From: an uncultured Acidobacteriota bacterium
GTDB lineage: Bacteria > Actinomycetota > Acidimicrobiia > Spongiisociales > ZC4RG35
Length of the DNA: 64,000 nt
Assembly (NCBI GenBank): GCA_963810465.1
Contig: CAWENM010000002.1
Coordinates: 518,791-582,790, forward strand
Reading direction: 5' to 3'
Shown here: positions 49,471 to 58,696 of the stretch, piece after piece
How the letters are laid out: each line of letters starts with the position of its first letter
Numbering within the stretch: position 1 is the first letter of the stretch
The notes under the pieces: generated by a model
Told to the model about the DNA's origin: nothing
The model's input: only the letters and a program-made list of their open reading frames with translations
The model's database searches: none
Translations under genes and position numbers: made by a program

Positions 49471-50084
49471 GCGGGGTGACGATCGTCAACCTCGTGGCTG
49501 ACATGGCGGGTGACCTGGAGCAGATCGAGCTCACCTGCTTCCCGATGGCCAACCCCGACGACCTGCTGTCGAGGGAGGACATCATTGCCTACGCCGAGGT
49601 CTTCCCGGAGGGCTACTTTGTCGCTCTCGCCGACGGCCGGCCGGTCGGGATGGGGGCCGGCATATATCTCGACTTCGACTTCGACCACCCCGAGCACACC
49701 ATCGCCGGGATCACGGGCGAGCACCAGTGCGCCAATCACGACCCGGACGGCGACTGGTACTACGGGACCGACATCACAGTGCTCCCCGAATATCGGGGCC
49801 GGGGGATCGGCGGCATGCTGTACGAGAAGCGAAAGGGCCTGGTGATCCGGGACCGCAAACGGGGAATCATCGCCGGCGGCTCTCTGCCCGGTTTCTTCCA
49901 GCACAAGCACACGATGCCCATCGACGAGTATGTGAACCGGGTGGTGGCCGGGGAGCTTCATGATCCGACTCTGACCTTCCAGTTGTCCCATGGCTTCGAG
50001 GTGCGTGGGCTGCTCGAGAACTATCTCGAGGACGAGGCCGACGACGGTTGGGCCGCCCTGATCGTCTGGGAGAACAGTGTTTGA
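49467..50084 (+). CDS. GNAT family N-acetyltransferase
   Basis: VFPEG, HDPDGDWYYG, PEYRGRGIG, DPTLTFQL..GF, WEN; GTGA coupling to C45. Confidence 0.85.
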   Translation: MSGVTIVNLVADMAGDLEQIELTCFPMANPDDLLSREDIIAYAEVFPEGYFVALADGRPVGMGAGIYLDFDFDHPEHTIAGITGEHQCANHDPDGDWYYGTDITVLPEYRGRGIGGMLYEKRKGLVIRDRKRGIIAGGSLPGFFQHKHTMPIDEYVNRVVAGELHDPTLTFQLSHGFEVRGLLENYLEDEADDGWAALIVWENSV

Positions 50085-50105
50085 TTGCCGGCCTACGATT
50101 GGCCG

Positions 50106-50636
50106 ATGACACAAGGACCGCCCACGGATCCACCTGCCGACCCGGATCCGCAGCCACCGTCGCCGCCTGAGGCGCACCCGGTACCGCCGGCACCACCGGA
50201 ATCGCCTGTCCCGCAGCAGACGTCTGCGTCCTCGGCACCCATCGAGCAGCCGCAGGCTCAGCCCCCGGCCCGGAGTGGCGACACGCAGATGTGGCAGGTG
50301 CTGGCCCATGCCTCGGCCTTCGTCCAGGTCGTCGGCATCCCTTCATTGGTCGGCCCGCTGGTGATCTGGCTGATCAAACGAGACGACGCGGCCGTGGAGC
50401 CCCATGCCCGCGCCGCCCTCAACTTCCAGCTGTCGCTCCTGATCTATTTCATCGTCGGGGGGATCATCGGCGTGATCTTTGCCATCACCGTCATCGGGCT
50501 GGTGTTGGCGATTCCCATCTTCCTCTTCCTCTTCGTGCTGATCATCCTGGAGTTGATCTTTGCCCTGATGGCGTCATTGGCGGCGTCTCGGGGGGAGCTG
50601 TACGACTACCCACTGAGCCTGAACCTGATCAAGTAG
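50106..50636 (+). CDS. DUF4870 family membrane protein
   Basis: Pro-rich N-terminus, LAH..GPLVIWL..HARAALNFQ..YDYP. Confidence 0.85.
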   Translation: MTQGPPTDPPADPDPQPPSPPEAHPVPPAPPESPVPQQTSASSAPIEQPQAQPPARSGDTQMWQVLAHASAFVQVVGIPSLVGPLVIWLIKRDDAAVEPHARAALNFQLSLLIYFIVGGIIGVIFAITVIGLVLAIPIFLFLFVLIILELIFALMASLAASRGELYDYPLSLNLIK

Positions 50637-50676
50637 AAGACTTGCGTTCGGCCGGGGCTGCCGCTCTCCTTCTAGG

Positions 50677-51681
50677 TCACGTCCCGGATCTGCGTTCTGC
50701 CATCCCGTTAAGGATCTCGAGCACGACACGATTGGCCAGGTAGGACGTCTGCTCGCCGGGCCCGTCGTAAGGGGGAGACACCTCGACGATGTCTGCCCCC
50801 AGGACATTGAGATCGCGGGAGAGCCTCCGCACCGTGTCGAGTAGCTCACGGGAGCCGAGCCCGCCGGGCTCAGGCGTGCCGGTTCCCGGGGCGAGACCCG
50901 GATCGACCACGTCGATGTCGACACTGATGAAGACACCTTTGGCCCCACCCTCGAGGGAGTAGGCCACTGCCTCGTCCACGACATCGGTGAGACCCCGGTC
51001 GACGATCTCGTTCATCAGAAACGACCTCATCTTCTGCTCACGCATCCACTGCATCACTTCCGGCTCGGGCCAGTAGCCGCGGAGCCCGATCTGCACGAAG
51101 CGATGGCCTGGCACCGCGCCCGATTCGATCAGGCGTCGCATCGGGGTGCCGTGTCCGTAGAGAGAGCCGTTCTGGGTGAACCCGGTGTCGGCGTGCGCGT
51201 CGAAATGGATCAGAGCGATCTCGCCGAACCCGTGCACCCGGGCCACACCTAGTGCATCGGGCCACGTGATCGTGTGATCTCCACCGAGGATGATCGGCAC
51301 CTTCCCGGCAGCGGACACCTGCTCGACGGCGTCGGCGATCCGACCGATGGAGATCTCCAACTCACCCGGTCGGACGTAGACGTCCCCCACGTCGACCACT
51401 CCCAACGTCTCGAATGGGTCCAGCCCGGTGGGGAGATGGGGCCGGTAGCCGTCCATTGCCCCGTAGTCGGCGTTGCGAATGGCCTGCGGGCCGAAGCGTG
51501 CCCCGGGCCGATAGGTGGTGCCCCAATCGAACGGTGCCCCGATGATGACCACAGACCCGTCCCCCAGATCATCCATGGTGACGGCGGGCACGCCGAGAAA
51601 AGAGTTCCGCGAGGCGAAGGAGATGTATTCGGAGGAGGCGAAAGGAATCTCGCCCTTCCGTTGTTCATAGGGGGTGTACAT
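50677..51681 (-). CDS. speB: Ureohydrolase (agmatinase-like)
   Basis: RPGARFGP, GGDHT, FDAHADT, DIDVVDP, APGTGTPEPGG, VEVSPPYD; substrate not certain. Confidence 0.8.
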   Translation of the reverse strand: MYTPYEQRKGEIPFASSEYISFASRNSFLGVPAVTMDDLGDGSVVIIGAPFDWGTTYRPGARFGPQAIRNADYGAMDGYRPHLPTGLDPFETLGVVDVGDVYVRPGELEISIGRIADAVEQVSAAGKVPIILGGDHTITWPDALGVARVHGFGEIALIHFDAHADTGFTQNGSLYGHGTPMRRLIESGAVPGHRFVQIGLRGYWPEPEVMQWMREQKMRSFLMNEIVDRGLTDVVDEAVAYSLEGGAKGVFISVDIDVVDPGLAPGTGTPEPGGLGSRELLDTVRRLSRDLNVLGADIVEVSPPYDGPGEQTSYLANRVVLEILNGMAERRSGT

Positions 51682-51720
51682 CGGATCGTTACGCTAACTG
51701 CCAGACCCCCTCGGTGAGCC

Positions 51721-52989
51721 ATGACACCTGAACGCGTTCAACGCACCTATCTGATCCTCCTCCTGCTCCAAACCCTCGCCGCCTCCCTGATCTGGGGGAT
51801 CAACACCCTTTTCCTGCTCGACGCCGGGCTCAGCATCACCGAGGCGTTCGTCGCCAACGCCGCTTTCACCGCCGGGATGGTGATATTCGAGGTCCCCACG
51901 GGTGTCATCGCCGACACCTTCGGGAGGCGAACCTCGTTCATCCTCGGTGCGGCCACTCTCCTCGTGACGACGGCTGCCTATCTAGGGCTGTGGTATGTCG
52001 AGGCCGGCATCGGGTGGTGGATCCTGGTCTCGGTGTTGATCGGGCTCGGCTTCACATTCTTCTCCGGAGCCACCGAGGCCTGGCTGGTCGATGCCCTGCA
52101 TGCCACCGGGTACGAGGGTGCGATCGAAACCGTGTTTGGCCGGGGCCAGGTCGTCGGCGGCGCCGCCATGCTGGTAGGCACAGTTGGTGGCGGGTTCCTG
52201 GGACAGGTCAATCTGGGAATTCCCTACGCACTTCGCTCGGTGCTCCTCCTTGCCGTGATCGGAGCTGCCTGGCTCTGGATGCACGACATCGGATATGAGC
52301 CGGCCAGGGGGGTGGCGGTCGGGGAGCAGGTGCGCGGCATCCTGCGCGCTTCGATCAAGCACGGGTTCGGCAACCCACCGGTCCGCATGTTCATGTTCGC
52401 CGCCCCGTTTGCGGCCGGAGTGAGCATCTGGGCCTTTTATGCGTTTCAGCCCTACTTGCTGGAGCTTTTCGGCGACCCGAACGCCACGTATCTCGCCGGG
52501 ATAGCCGCGGCAGTGTTCGCCGTCGCCCAAATGGCCGGTGGCGCCTCAGTGAAATTCGTTCGAGGACTGGTCGCGACCCGTACTTCTGTCATCATCCTCG
52601 AAGTCGTTCTCGGCGGCGTCGCCCTTATTGGTGTGGGTCTGGCCGAGATGCTCGAGATCCCCGTCGGGTTCTGGGTGGCGATTGGACTGTTGACACTGCT
52701 CTCCGTGGTCGCCTCCCTGTCCAGCCCCATGCAGCAGGCGTACATGAATGCCTGCATTCCCTCTGAGCAGCGAGCGACTGTGCTCTCGTTCAACTCGCTG
52801 ATGGGAAGCGCCGGCGGAGTGGTGGCGCAACCTGCCCTGGGCCGGGTGGCCGAGGTGTACTCGTTCGGAACCGCCTACGTCGTGGCCGGCGTCCTCTACG
52901 CGATCAGACTGCCCTTCATCGTGGCCGTGCGCCGGATGGGTTTGCGGGCCGATACCGACACTCGCTCCGAGACGACAATCGTCCCCTGA
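51721..52989 (+). CDS. MFS transporter
   Basis: About 12 TM; FEVPTGVIADTFGRR, SGATEAWLVD, RATVLS. Confidence 0.9.
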   Translation: MTPERVQRTYLILLLLQTLAASLIWGINTLFLLDAGLSITEAFVANAAFTAGMVIFEVPTGVIADTFGRRTSFILGAATLLVTTAAYLGLWYVEAGIGWWILVSVLIGLGFTFFSGATEAWLVDALHATGYEGAIETVFGRGQVVGGAAMLVGTVGGGFLGQVNLGIPYALRSVLLLAVIGAAWLWMHDIGYEPARGVAVGEQVRGILRASIKHGFGNPPVRMFMFAAPFAAGVSIWAFYAFQPYLLELFGDPNATYLAGIAAAVFAVAQMAGGASVKFVRGLVATRTSVIILEVVLGGVALIGVGLAEMLEIPVGFWVAIGLLTLLSVVASLSSPMQQAYMNACIPSEQRATVLSFNSLMGSAGGVVAQPALGRVAEVYSFGTAYVVAGVLYAIRLPFIVAVRRMGLRADTDTRSETTIVP

Positions 52990-53008
52990 CCTCTGGCATC
53001 ATGGGGCA

Positions 53009-53230
53009 GTGGCCGAGCACGAGAGCACCGATACCGATCCGATGGGCCCCGCCATCATGCGGGGGATCATCATCGGAATCCCGGTGGTCCTGGTCGGGCT
53101 CACCATCGGGATCTGGCTGATCACGCCGTTGGACATCGCCGAATCGGCCTTGACCGCCCTGCTCCCCGGAATCCTGCTCGGCGCTTTCGGCGGTGGGTTC
53201 GCCGGCATGGCGATGACGATGCGGGAGTAG
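53009..53230 (+). CDS. Small two-TM membrane protein
   Basis: Two hydrophobic segments, GAFGGGFAG; fills the gap. Confidence 0.6.
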   Translation: MAEHESTDTDPMGPAIMRGIIIGIPVVLVGLTIGIWLITPLDIAESALTALLPGILLGAFGGGFAGMAMTMRE

Positions 53231-53234
53231 CGGG

Positions 53235-54674
53235 CTACTCCTCCTCGCGCAGTACGAACACGACCGTCTGCAGATCGGTGAACTCGTCGATTCGTTGCCG
53301 ACCCCAACCGGTGTCGGTCCCGGCGGCGCCGCCGAATGGCTGGAAGGTCTCCCAGAAGTCGGTCGAGTCGTTGACCACCACCGTCCCCGACCGGATCCGA
53401 TCGGCGTACCAGAAGGCTTTGGTGAGGTCATTGGTGAACACCGCTGCCTGCAACCCGAGATGGGTCCGGTTGGCCACCCCGACCGCCTCCTCGTCGTCTT
53501 TCGCGCTGAGGATGGGGAGCACCGGACCGAACGACTCCTCCTGGGCTACCTCCGATGACTCGGGCACCCGATCGAGGATGGTGAAGTCGTAGTAGAGGTC
53601 GGTGGGAAACCCTGAGGCCCGCCCCCCGCCCACCAGCAACTCGGCGCCCTTGTCGACGGCGTCGGCGATGTGGCGGTCCATCTTGGCCGCCGTCGGCTCG
53701 TTGTTCAGGGGTCCCATATTTGTGGCCTCGTCGAATGGGTCGCCAAGTCGCACGTTCTCGGCGGCCTTCAGCGACGCCTCCACGAACTCGTCGTGCACCT
53801 CGTCGAGGACGATGACCCGCTCCGTGGCGACGCATACTTGCCCGGCGTTGTAGTACGCCCCGTAGACCGCCGCCTCCGCCGCCTTGACCACATCGGCGTC
53901 GGCGGTGACCACGGTCGGGCCGTTGCCTGACATCTCCATGATCGAGCGCTTGAGGCCCATCACCGAAACGATCTTCTTGCCGGTGGCGGACGAGCCGGTG
54001 AATCCGACCGCGTCCACTCCATCGTGAGTCACCAACTGCGTGCCGATGTCGCCGGCGCCGGGGATGACCTGGATGGCGCCCTTCGGCGCTCCGGCCTCTT
54101 CGAACACCTTGGCCATCTCGAGCAGCGCCCAGGAGGTGAACTCCGGCGGTTTGACAATGACGGCGTTCCCGGTGGCGAGACCGGGCCCGACATACTCCAT
54201 AGGGATCATCACCGGGAAATTCCAGGGGGTTATCGCCACCCAGACCCCGACCGGGCGTCGAACCGTGAACATGCGCCGATGTCGGCTGGTGGTAGGGATC
54301 AGCTCGCCTTTGAGCCGCTTGGCATCTTCGGCGGCGATCTGGAAATAGTCACCCGACTCGGCGATGTCGTCCTTGGCCTCTGCCTCATATGGCTTGCCCT
54401 GCTCCATCGAGAGGATGTAGGCGACATCGTCGACCCTGTCTTGCCACAGCTCATAGATGCGGAGACAGAGATCGGCCCTCTCGAAAGCGGTCCAGTGCCG
54501 CATCTCCTCGGTTGCCTCCCTCGCCGCGGCCACGGCCCGATCGATGTCGGCCGGGGAGGCCTTCGGCACGTTGTACAGGTGCTCGCCAGTGGAAGGGGAG
54601 TGGACCTCGTAGTGGTCGTCACCGGTCCCCTCTGTCCACTCACCTGCGATGAAGAGCTGGAGATCGGTTGCCAT
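53235..54674 (-). CDS. NAD(P)-dependent aldehyde dehydrogenase
   Basis: ITPWNFP, FTGS, EMSGN, NAGQVC, EESFGP, PFGG. Confidence 0.93.
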   Translation of the reverse strand: MATDLQLFIAGEWTEGTGDDHYEVHSPSTGEHLYNVPKASPADIDRAVAAAREATEEMRHWTAFERADLCLRIYELWQDRVDDVAYILSMEQGKPYEAEAKDDIAESGDYFQIAAEDAKRLKGELIPTTSRHRRMFTVRRPVGVWVAITPWNFPVMIPMEYVGPGLATGNAVIVKPPEFTSWALLEMAKVFEEAGAPKGAIQVIPGAGDIGTQLVTHDGVDAVGFTGSSATGKKIVSVMGLKRSIMEMSGNGPTVVTADADVVKAAEAAVYGAYYNAGQVCVATERVIVLDEVHDEFVEASLKAAENVRLGDPFDEATNMGPLNNEPTAAKMDRHIADAVDKGAELLVGGGRASGFPTDLYYDFTILDRVPESSEVAQEESFGPVLPILSAKDDEEAVGVANRTHLGLQAAVFTNDLTKAFWYADRIRSGTVVVNDSTDFWETFQPFGGAAGTDTGWGRQRIDEFTDLQTVVFVLREEE

Positions 54675-54732
54675 GGCGCAACGCTAATCCCAATCGAGGT
54701 CAGACTGAATGGCGGTTCAGTAGCATGGCCGG

Positions 54733-56043
54733 GTGAGCCTCCAGGGAGATAAGACCAGGCAGTGGTACGAGCGTGCGAGCAAAGTCCTCGTCAACGGGGT
54801 GTCGAGCCAGTTCCGCTATTGGGGGCCTGACGACACTCTCGTCATCGACCACGGCGAGGCAGGGCACGTCGTCGACATGGACGGCAAGCACTACATCGAC
54901 TACCAGTGCGGCTTCGGGCCGGTCATCCTCGGTCATGGCGACCCGGATGTGTGGAAGGCGGTGGTGGACACGGCCGGCCAGGCGACCAGCTTCGCCATGA
55001 CCCAGCGTCGCGAGGTCGAGGCGGCCGAGAAGGTGATGGCGGCGTTGGAGTGGCCCGACGCCATGCGCTTCACCAACACCGGAACCGAGGCCACGATGCA
55101 CGCCATCCGGCTCGCCCGCGGGCTGACCGGGCGCGACGTCGTGATCAAATTCGAGGGCCAGTACCACGGGATGCACGACTACGTGCTCTTCTCCACCGCC
55201 GGCGTCCCGGTCGAGGGGCTCGGGTCTCGTTTCCGCCCCATCGCCCTGCAATCGAGCTCGGGCATACCGGAGGCCATCAGGTCACTGGTCCGGACCCTGC
55301 CGTTCAATGACCTGGAGCTGGTCGAGCGGGCCTTCAAGGACGAGGGCCAGCGGGTCGCCGCAGTGATCGTCGAGCCGATGCTCGGCAACGCCTTCGGGAT
55401 CATGCCCCTGCCCGGTTTTCTCGAGGGGCTGAGGAAGCTCTGCGACGACAACGGCTCGTTGTTGATCTACGACGAGGTCAAGACCGGGTTCCGGGTCGCC
55501 TTCGGTGGTGCTTGCGAGTGCTTTGGAGTGCGGCCGGACATCGGCACCTACGCCAAAGCAATGGGGAACGGCTACCCGGTGGCTGCGATCGCCATGACCG
55601 ACAAGGTCGCCGATGGCTGGCGGTCCTCGGGTATCGCACAGGCGGGGACCTACTCGGGCAACGGCATCGGCGTGGCCGCCGCCGCGGCGACCATCGACAA
55701 GCTCGCCACCGGTGAGCCGCACGCCAGGATCGAGAAGGTCGGGCGGAGCCTCATGGAAGGAATCGAGAAGGTGCTGGCCGACCGTGGTGTCGAGGGCAAG
55801 GCGACCGGGCACCCGGCGATGTTCTCGGTCTTCATCGGTGAGGGAGATCTCAACGAGTTTCGGGAGACCTCCAAGCACAACGAGCCCCTCTACGAGGAGA
55901 TCCTCTTCGGGATGATCCGGCGCGGCGTGATGCCTTGTCCGGATGCACTGGAGCCGTGGTTCGTATGCGCCGCCCACACCGACGAAGACGTCGCCAAGAC
56001 ACTCGAGGTCTTCGATGAGGCGCTGGGCGAGGCACTGGCCTGA
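54733..56043 (+). CDS. Class III aminotransferase (glutamate-1-semialdehyde aminomutase-like)
   Basis: GPVILGH, NTGTEA, KFEGQYHG, DEVKTGFR, YAKAMGNG, AGTYSGN; HemL function not assured. Confidence 0.82.
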   Translation: MSLQGDKTRQWYERASKVLVNGVSSQFRYWGPDDTLVIDHGEAGHVVDMDGKHYIDYQCGFGPVILGHGDPDVWKAVVDTAGQATSFAMTQRREVEAAEKVMAALEWPDAMRFTNTGTEATMHAIRLARGLTGRDVVIKFEGQYHGMHDYVLFSTAGVPVEGLGSRFRPIALQSSSGIPEAIRSLVRTLPFNDLELVERAFKDEGQRVAAVIVEPMLGNAFGIMPLPGFLEGLRKLCDDNGSLLIYDEVKTGFRVAFGGACECFGVRPDIGTYAKAMGNGYPVAAIAMTDKVADGWRSSGIAQAGTYSGNGIGVAAAAATIDKLATGEPHARIEKVGRSLMEGIEKVLADRGVEGKATGHPAMFSVFIGEGDLNEFRETSKHNEPLYEEILFGMIRRGVMPCPDALEPWFVCAAHTDEDVAKTLEVFDEALGEALA

Positions 56044-56062
56044 GCGCCTCTAACGTTGCGCC

Positions 56063-56812
56063 GTGATCCAGGTCGCCATCTCAGGCGCCGGCGGCAAGCT
56101 GGCGACACCAATCGCCGACGCGATCGTGGCCTCCGATGATCTCGAACTGACCGCTCTTTACAACCCGAATCGATCCGGGGCCGAAATGCATGGCATGACG
56201 GTCACCGGGGCATCCTCGGATGTTGATGCCGACGTCGTGGTGGAGACGGCCCATCCCGATGTCGTCCTCGACAATCTGAAGGCTTGGCATGCGAAGGGTC
56301 TGGCGGCGGTTGTCGGCACCTCCGGCTTCACCCCCGAGCGTCTGGAGCAGCTGCGGGAGATCTGGGGATCGGACGGCCCTGCTGCGCTCGTCGTCCCCAA
56401 CTTCTCGATCGGGGCGGTGCTCATGATGAGGTTCGCCGCCGAGGCGGCGTCACATTTCGAGGCGGTGGAGATCATCGAGCGTCATCACTCGACCAAGCCT
56501 GATGCCCCTTCGGGCACTGCCCTGGCCACCGCCATGGGCGTGGCCTCGGGTGGCGGGGTGTCCGCCCGGGATTCGACGGAGCTGGTCGAGGGGGCTCGTG
56601 GCGCCGAGGTGGAGGGGGTGCGAGTCCACGCCGTCCGCCTCCCCGGTCTCATCTCCCAGCAGGAGGTGGTCCTATCAAATCTCGGAGAGGTGCTTTCCAT
56701 CGAGCACCTCTCTACCAGCTACGAATCGTTCGCCTCCGGCGCCCTCATCGCCATCCGGGGCGTCGGCGGTCTCGCCCCCGGGGTGCACCTCGGGCTCGAC
56801 ACCGTTCTCTAG
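56063..56812 (+). CDS. dapB: 4-hydroxy-tetrahydrodipicolinate reductase
   Basis: VVGTSG, PNFSIG, EIIERHHSTKPDAPSGTA, HAVRLPG. Confidence 0.93.
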   Translation: MIQVAISGAGGKLATPIADAIVASDDLELTALYNPNRSGAEMHGMTVTGASSDVDADVVVETAHPDVVLDNLKAWHAKGLAAVVGTSGFTPERLEQLREIWGSDGPAALVVPNFSIGAVLMMRFAAEAASHFEAVEIIERHHSTKPDAPSGTALATAMGVASGGGVSARDSTELVEGARGAEVEGVRVHAVRLPGLISQQEVVLSNLGEVLSIEHLSTSYESFASGALIAIRGVGGLAPGVHLGLDTVL

Positions 56813-57307
56813 TCACATCCCCGTTGGGAGGTCCCCTGTGGGGAGGTCGGGGAAGAAGGAGTAGACCCGTTCGCCGGTGAAGAGCTGGGCATCGGGGTCC
56901 CAGGGGAAGAAGATCACGTTTCGCCACACCATCTTCTCGCCGTTGGGCTCCATGCCGAGCCAGCGTGTGGAGAAGGTGCCGTTGACCACTGCCTCCTCAC
57001 AGACCCCTTGCGGCCCGACCACGATGCTGGTCAGGGCGAAGTCGATGTCAGGGAATGCCGAAAGCAGCTCGATGTAGAAACGGGTCGCCCCTTCCTTGCC
57101 CTCCCATCGATGCCCGGTCTGAACCAGTTCGTAGACACAATCGTCCGTGAGCGTGGCCATGAGCCCGGCAATGTCTCGCGCATCCTCGGCCAGAGAGTGC
57201 GACTTCCACAGCTCGCGCACTGCCGCATAGTCGTCGGGAGTCTGTGCCAGGAGGTCACGAACGTGTTGTCGCTTGTCGATCGATTCCTGGATCAGGGCAT
57301 GGGTCAT
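56813..57307 (-). CDS. SnoaL-like (NTF2-fold) ester cyclase family protein
   Basis: HSLAEDARD..DDCVYE..SAFPD..GERVY; SD AGGAGG. Confidence 0.8.
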   Translation of the reverse strand: MTHALIQESIDKRQHVRDLLAQTPDDYAAVRELWKSHSLAEDARDIAGLMATLTDDCVYELVQTGHRWEGKEGATRFYIELLSAFPDIDFALTSIVVGPQGVCEEAVVNGTFSTRWLGMEPNGEKMVWRNVIFFPWDPDAQLFTGERVYSFFPDLPTGDLPTGM

Positions 57308-57337
57308 GCTGTTCCTCCTGGATTCGGAGGCTACTGC

Positions 57338-58111
57338 CTAGAAGAAAATCACAGTTGCCAGGCCGATCACAAAGCAATAGATGGCGAAGGGGTACAGCCC
57401 GATGCGGTTGATCGACTTCATCATGAAGGCGATGGCCAGATATCCCGACACGCCCGCCACCACCATGGCGACGGCGAGCTCGGGTGTGAACCCTCCCTGA
57501 TCAGGAAGGGCGAAGAGCTGGCTGAAGCCGGCCCCGGCGATGGCCGGGATGCCCAACAGGAAGGAGAATCGGGCGGCCTCGGCCGGTTCGAACTTCCTCA
57601 GGTTGCCGGCGGCGATGGTGACTCCGGAACGCGAGATACCCGGGATGAGTGCGATCGCCTGAGCAACCCCGACGACCACCGCATCGGGGATCCGACCCTC
57701 CATCAGCCTCCTCAGCCCGGTGGCGACGCGCTGGCCAATGACCAGGATCACGCCGGTGGCCACGATCTGCCACCCCACCGCCGCCACGGACTGCTGCATG
57801 CCCTCGATCTCGTCGGCCAACGGCAGACCGATGAGAGCAGGGATCGTGCCGATCCCGACCAGCAGGGCCAGCTTCCGCCCTTCGGGGTTGGTCCGGAATC
57901 GAAGCACCGCCATCACCTCGCGCCGGTAGTAGATCAACACCGCGGCCAGGGTGCCGAGATGGATCACTGTCGACACGGCAAGCGAGGGCACCGGGACGTC
58001 GATACCCATCTCACTGAGGAACGCGGGGATGATGATCAGGTGGCCCGATGAGGAGACGGGGAGGAACTCGGTGAGACCCTGGATCAGTCCCCAGATGACG
58101 GCGGCAAGCAC
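57338..58111 (-). CDS. uppP: Undecaprenyl-diphosphate phosphatase
   Basis: QGLTEFLPVSSSGH, HLGT, ALIPGISRSG, RFSFLL; TACCGT-N6-GTG start. Confidence 0.95.
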   Translation of the reverse strand: MLAAVIWGLIQGLTEFLPVSSSGHLIIIPAFLSEMGIDVPVPSLAVSTVIHLGTLAAVLIYYRREVMAVLRFRTNPEGRKLALLVGIGTIPALIGLPLADEIEGMQQSVAAVGWQIVATGVILVIGQRVATGLRRLMEGRIPDAVVVGVAQAIALIPGISRSGVTIAAGNLRKFEPAEAARFSFLLGIPAIAGAGFSQLFALPDQGGFTPELAVAMVVAGVSGYLAIAFMMKSINRIGLYPFAIYCFVIGLATVIFF

Positions 58112-58127
58112 GGCGGCACGGTAATGC

Positions 58128-58647
58128 TCAAGGCGGGGCAATCATGACTACCGCCCGTCCCTCGCCGGCCGCCCGCGCTACGTCCGCGGCTAGCTCGGAC
58201 TCGACGGCGACCAGACCCAGACCCGAGCCGAGCGGGTCCTCATCGGGGTCCTCGACCACCACGCCCGAAGCCACCACCTCGGTGTCGAGCAGGACTATCC
58301 GTGCGGAGTCACCACGGTGTGCCCCTCGGGGCAGAGGCATCTCCAGGCTCCACCATCCCGGGGGAACCGCCTGGCCGGACTCGCCTACGTTTGACGCCAG
58401 CACCGGATCACCGGCGAGGATGGAGTCGAGCGCCACCTGCCCCAGCTCGACCGGAGTGAAAGTCCCGAGTGGCACTTGCCGGACCTCGGTGTTGGACTCG
58501 TCCACGACCATCCCGGCCGTCACGTCCTCGGTCGGCAAAGGGGTGGGCAGTAGTCGGCTCCGGTCGGAACTCGATCCACAAAGCCACCGAGGCGATGAGA
58601 AGGGCAACGGCCCAACGCGCCCACGGGGGCGACTGCAGCCAGATCAC
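58128..58647 (-). CDS. SAF-domain protein, split by a probable frameshift near 58533
   Basis: 5' frame MIWLQSPPWARWAVALL..HPFA joins 3' frame TEDVTAGMVV..ILAGDPV; usual fmdB neighbour. Confidence 0.6.
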
Positions 58648-58696
58648 GTTTCCGAAAGTACGGAGCGCGGACGGGCCTGGGAAGTAGGTTGGCCCG

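Noticed and set aside
54733-56043. Calling this gene hemL
   Set aside because: GSA-like fold only; N-terminal motif differs (GVSSQFR) and the context is ALDH/amine catabolism with no hem genes
56813-57307. Polyketide cluster implied by the SnoaL-like gene
   Set aside because: No PKS/NRPS genes nearby; standalone NTF2-fold proteins are common
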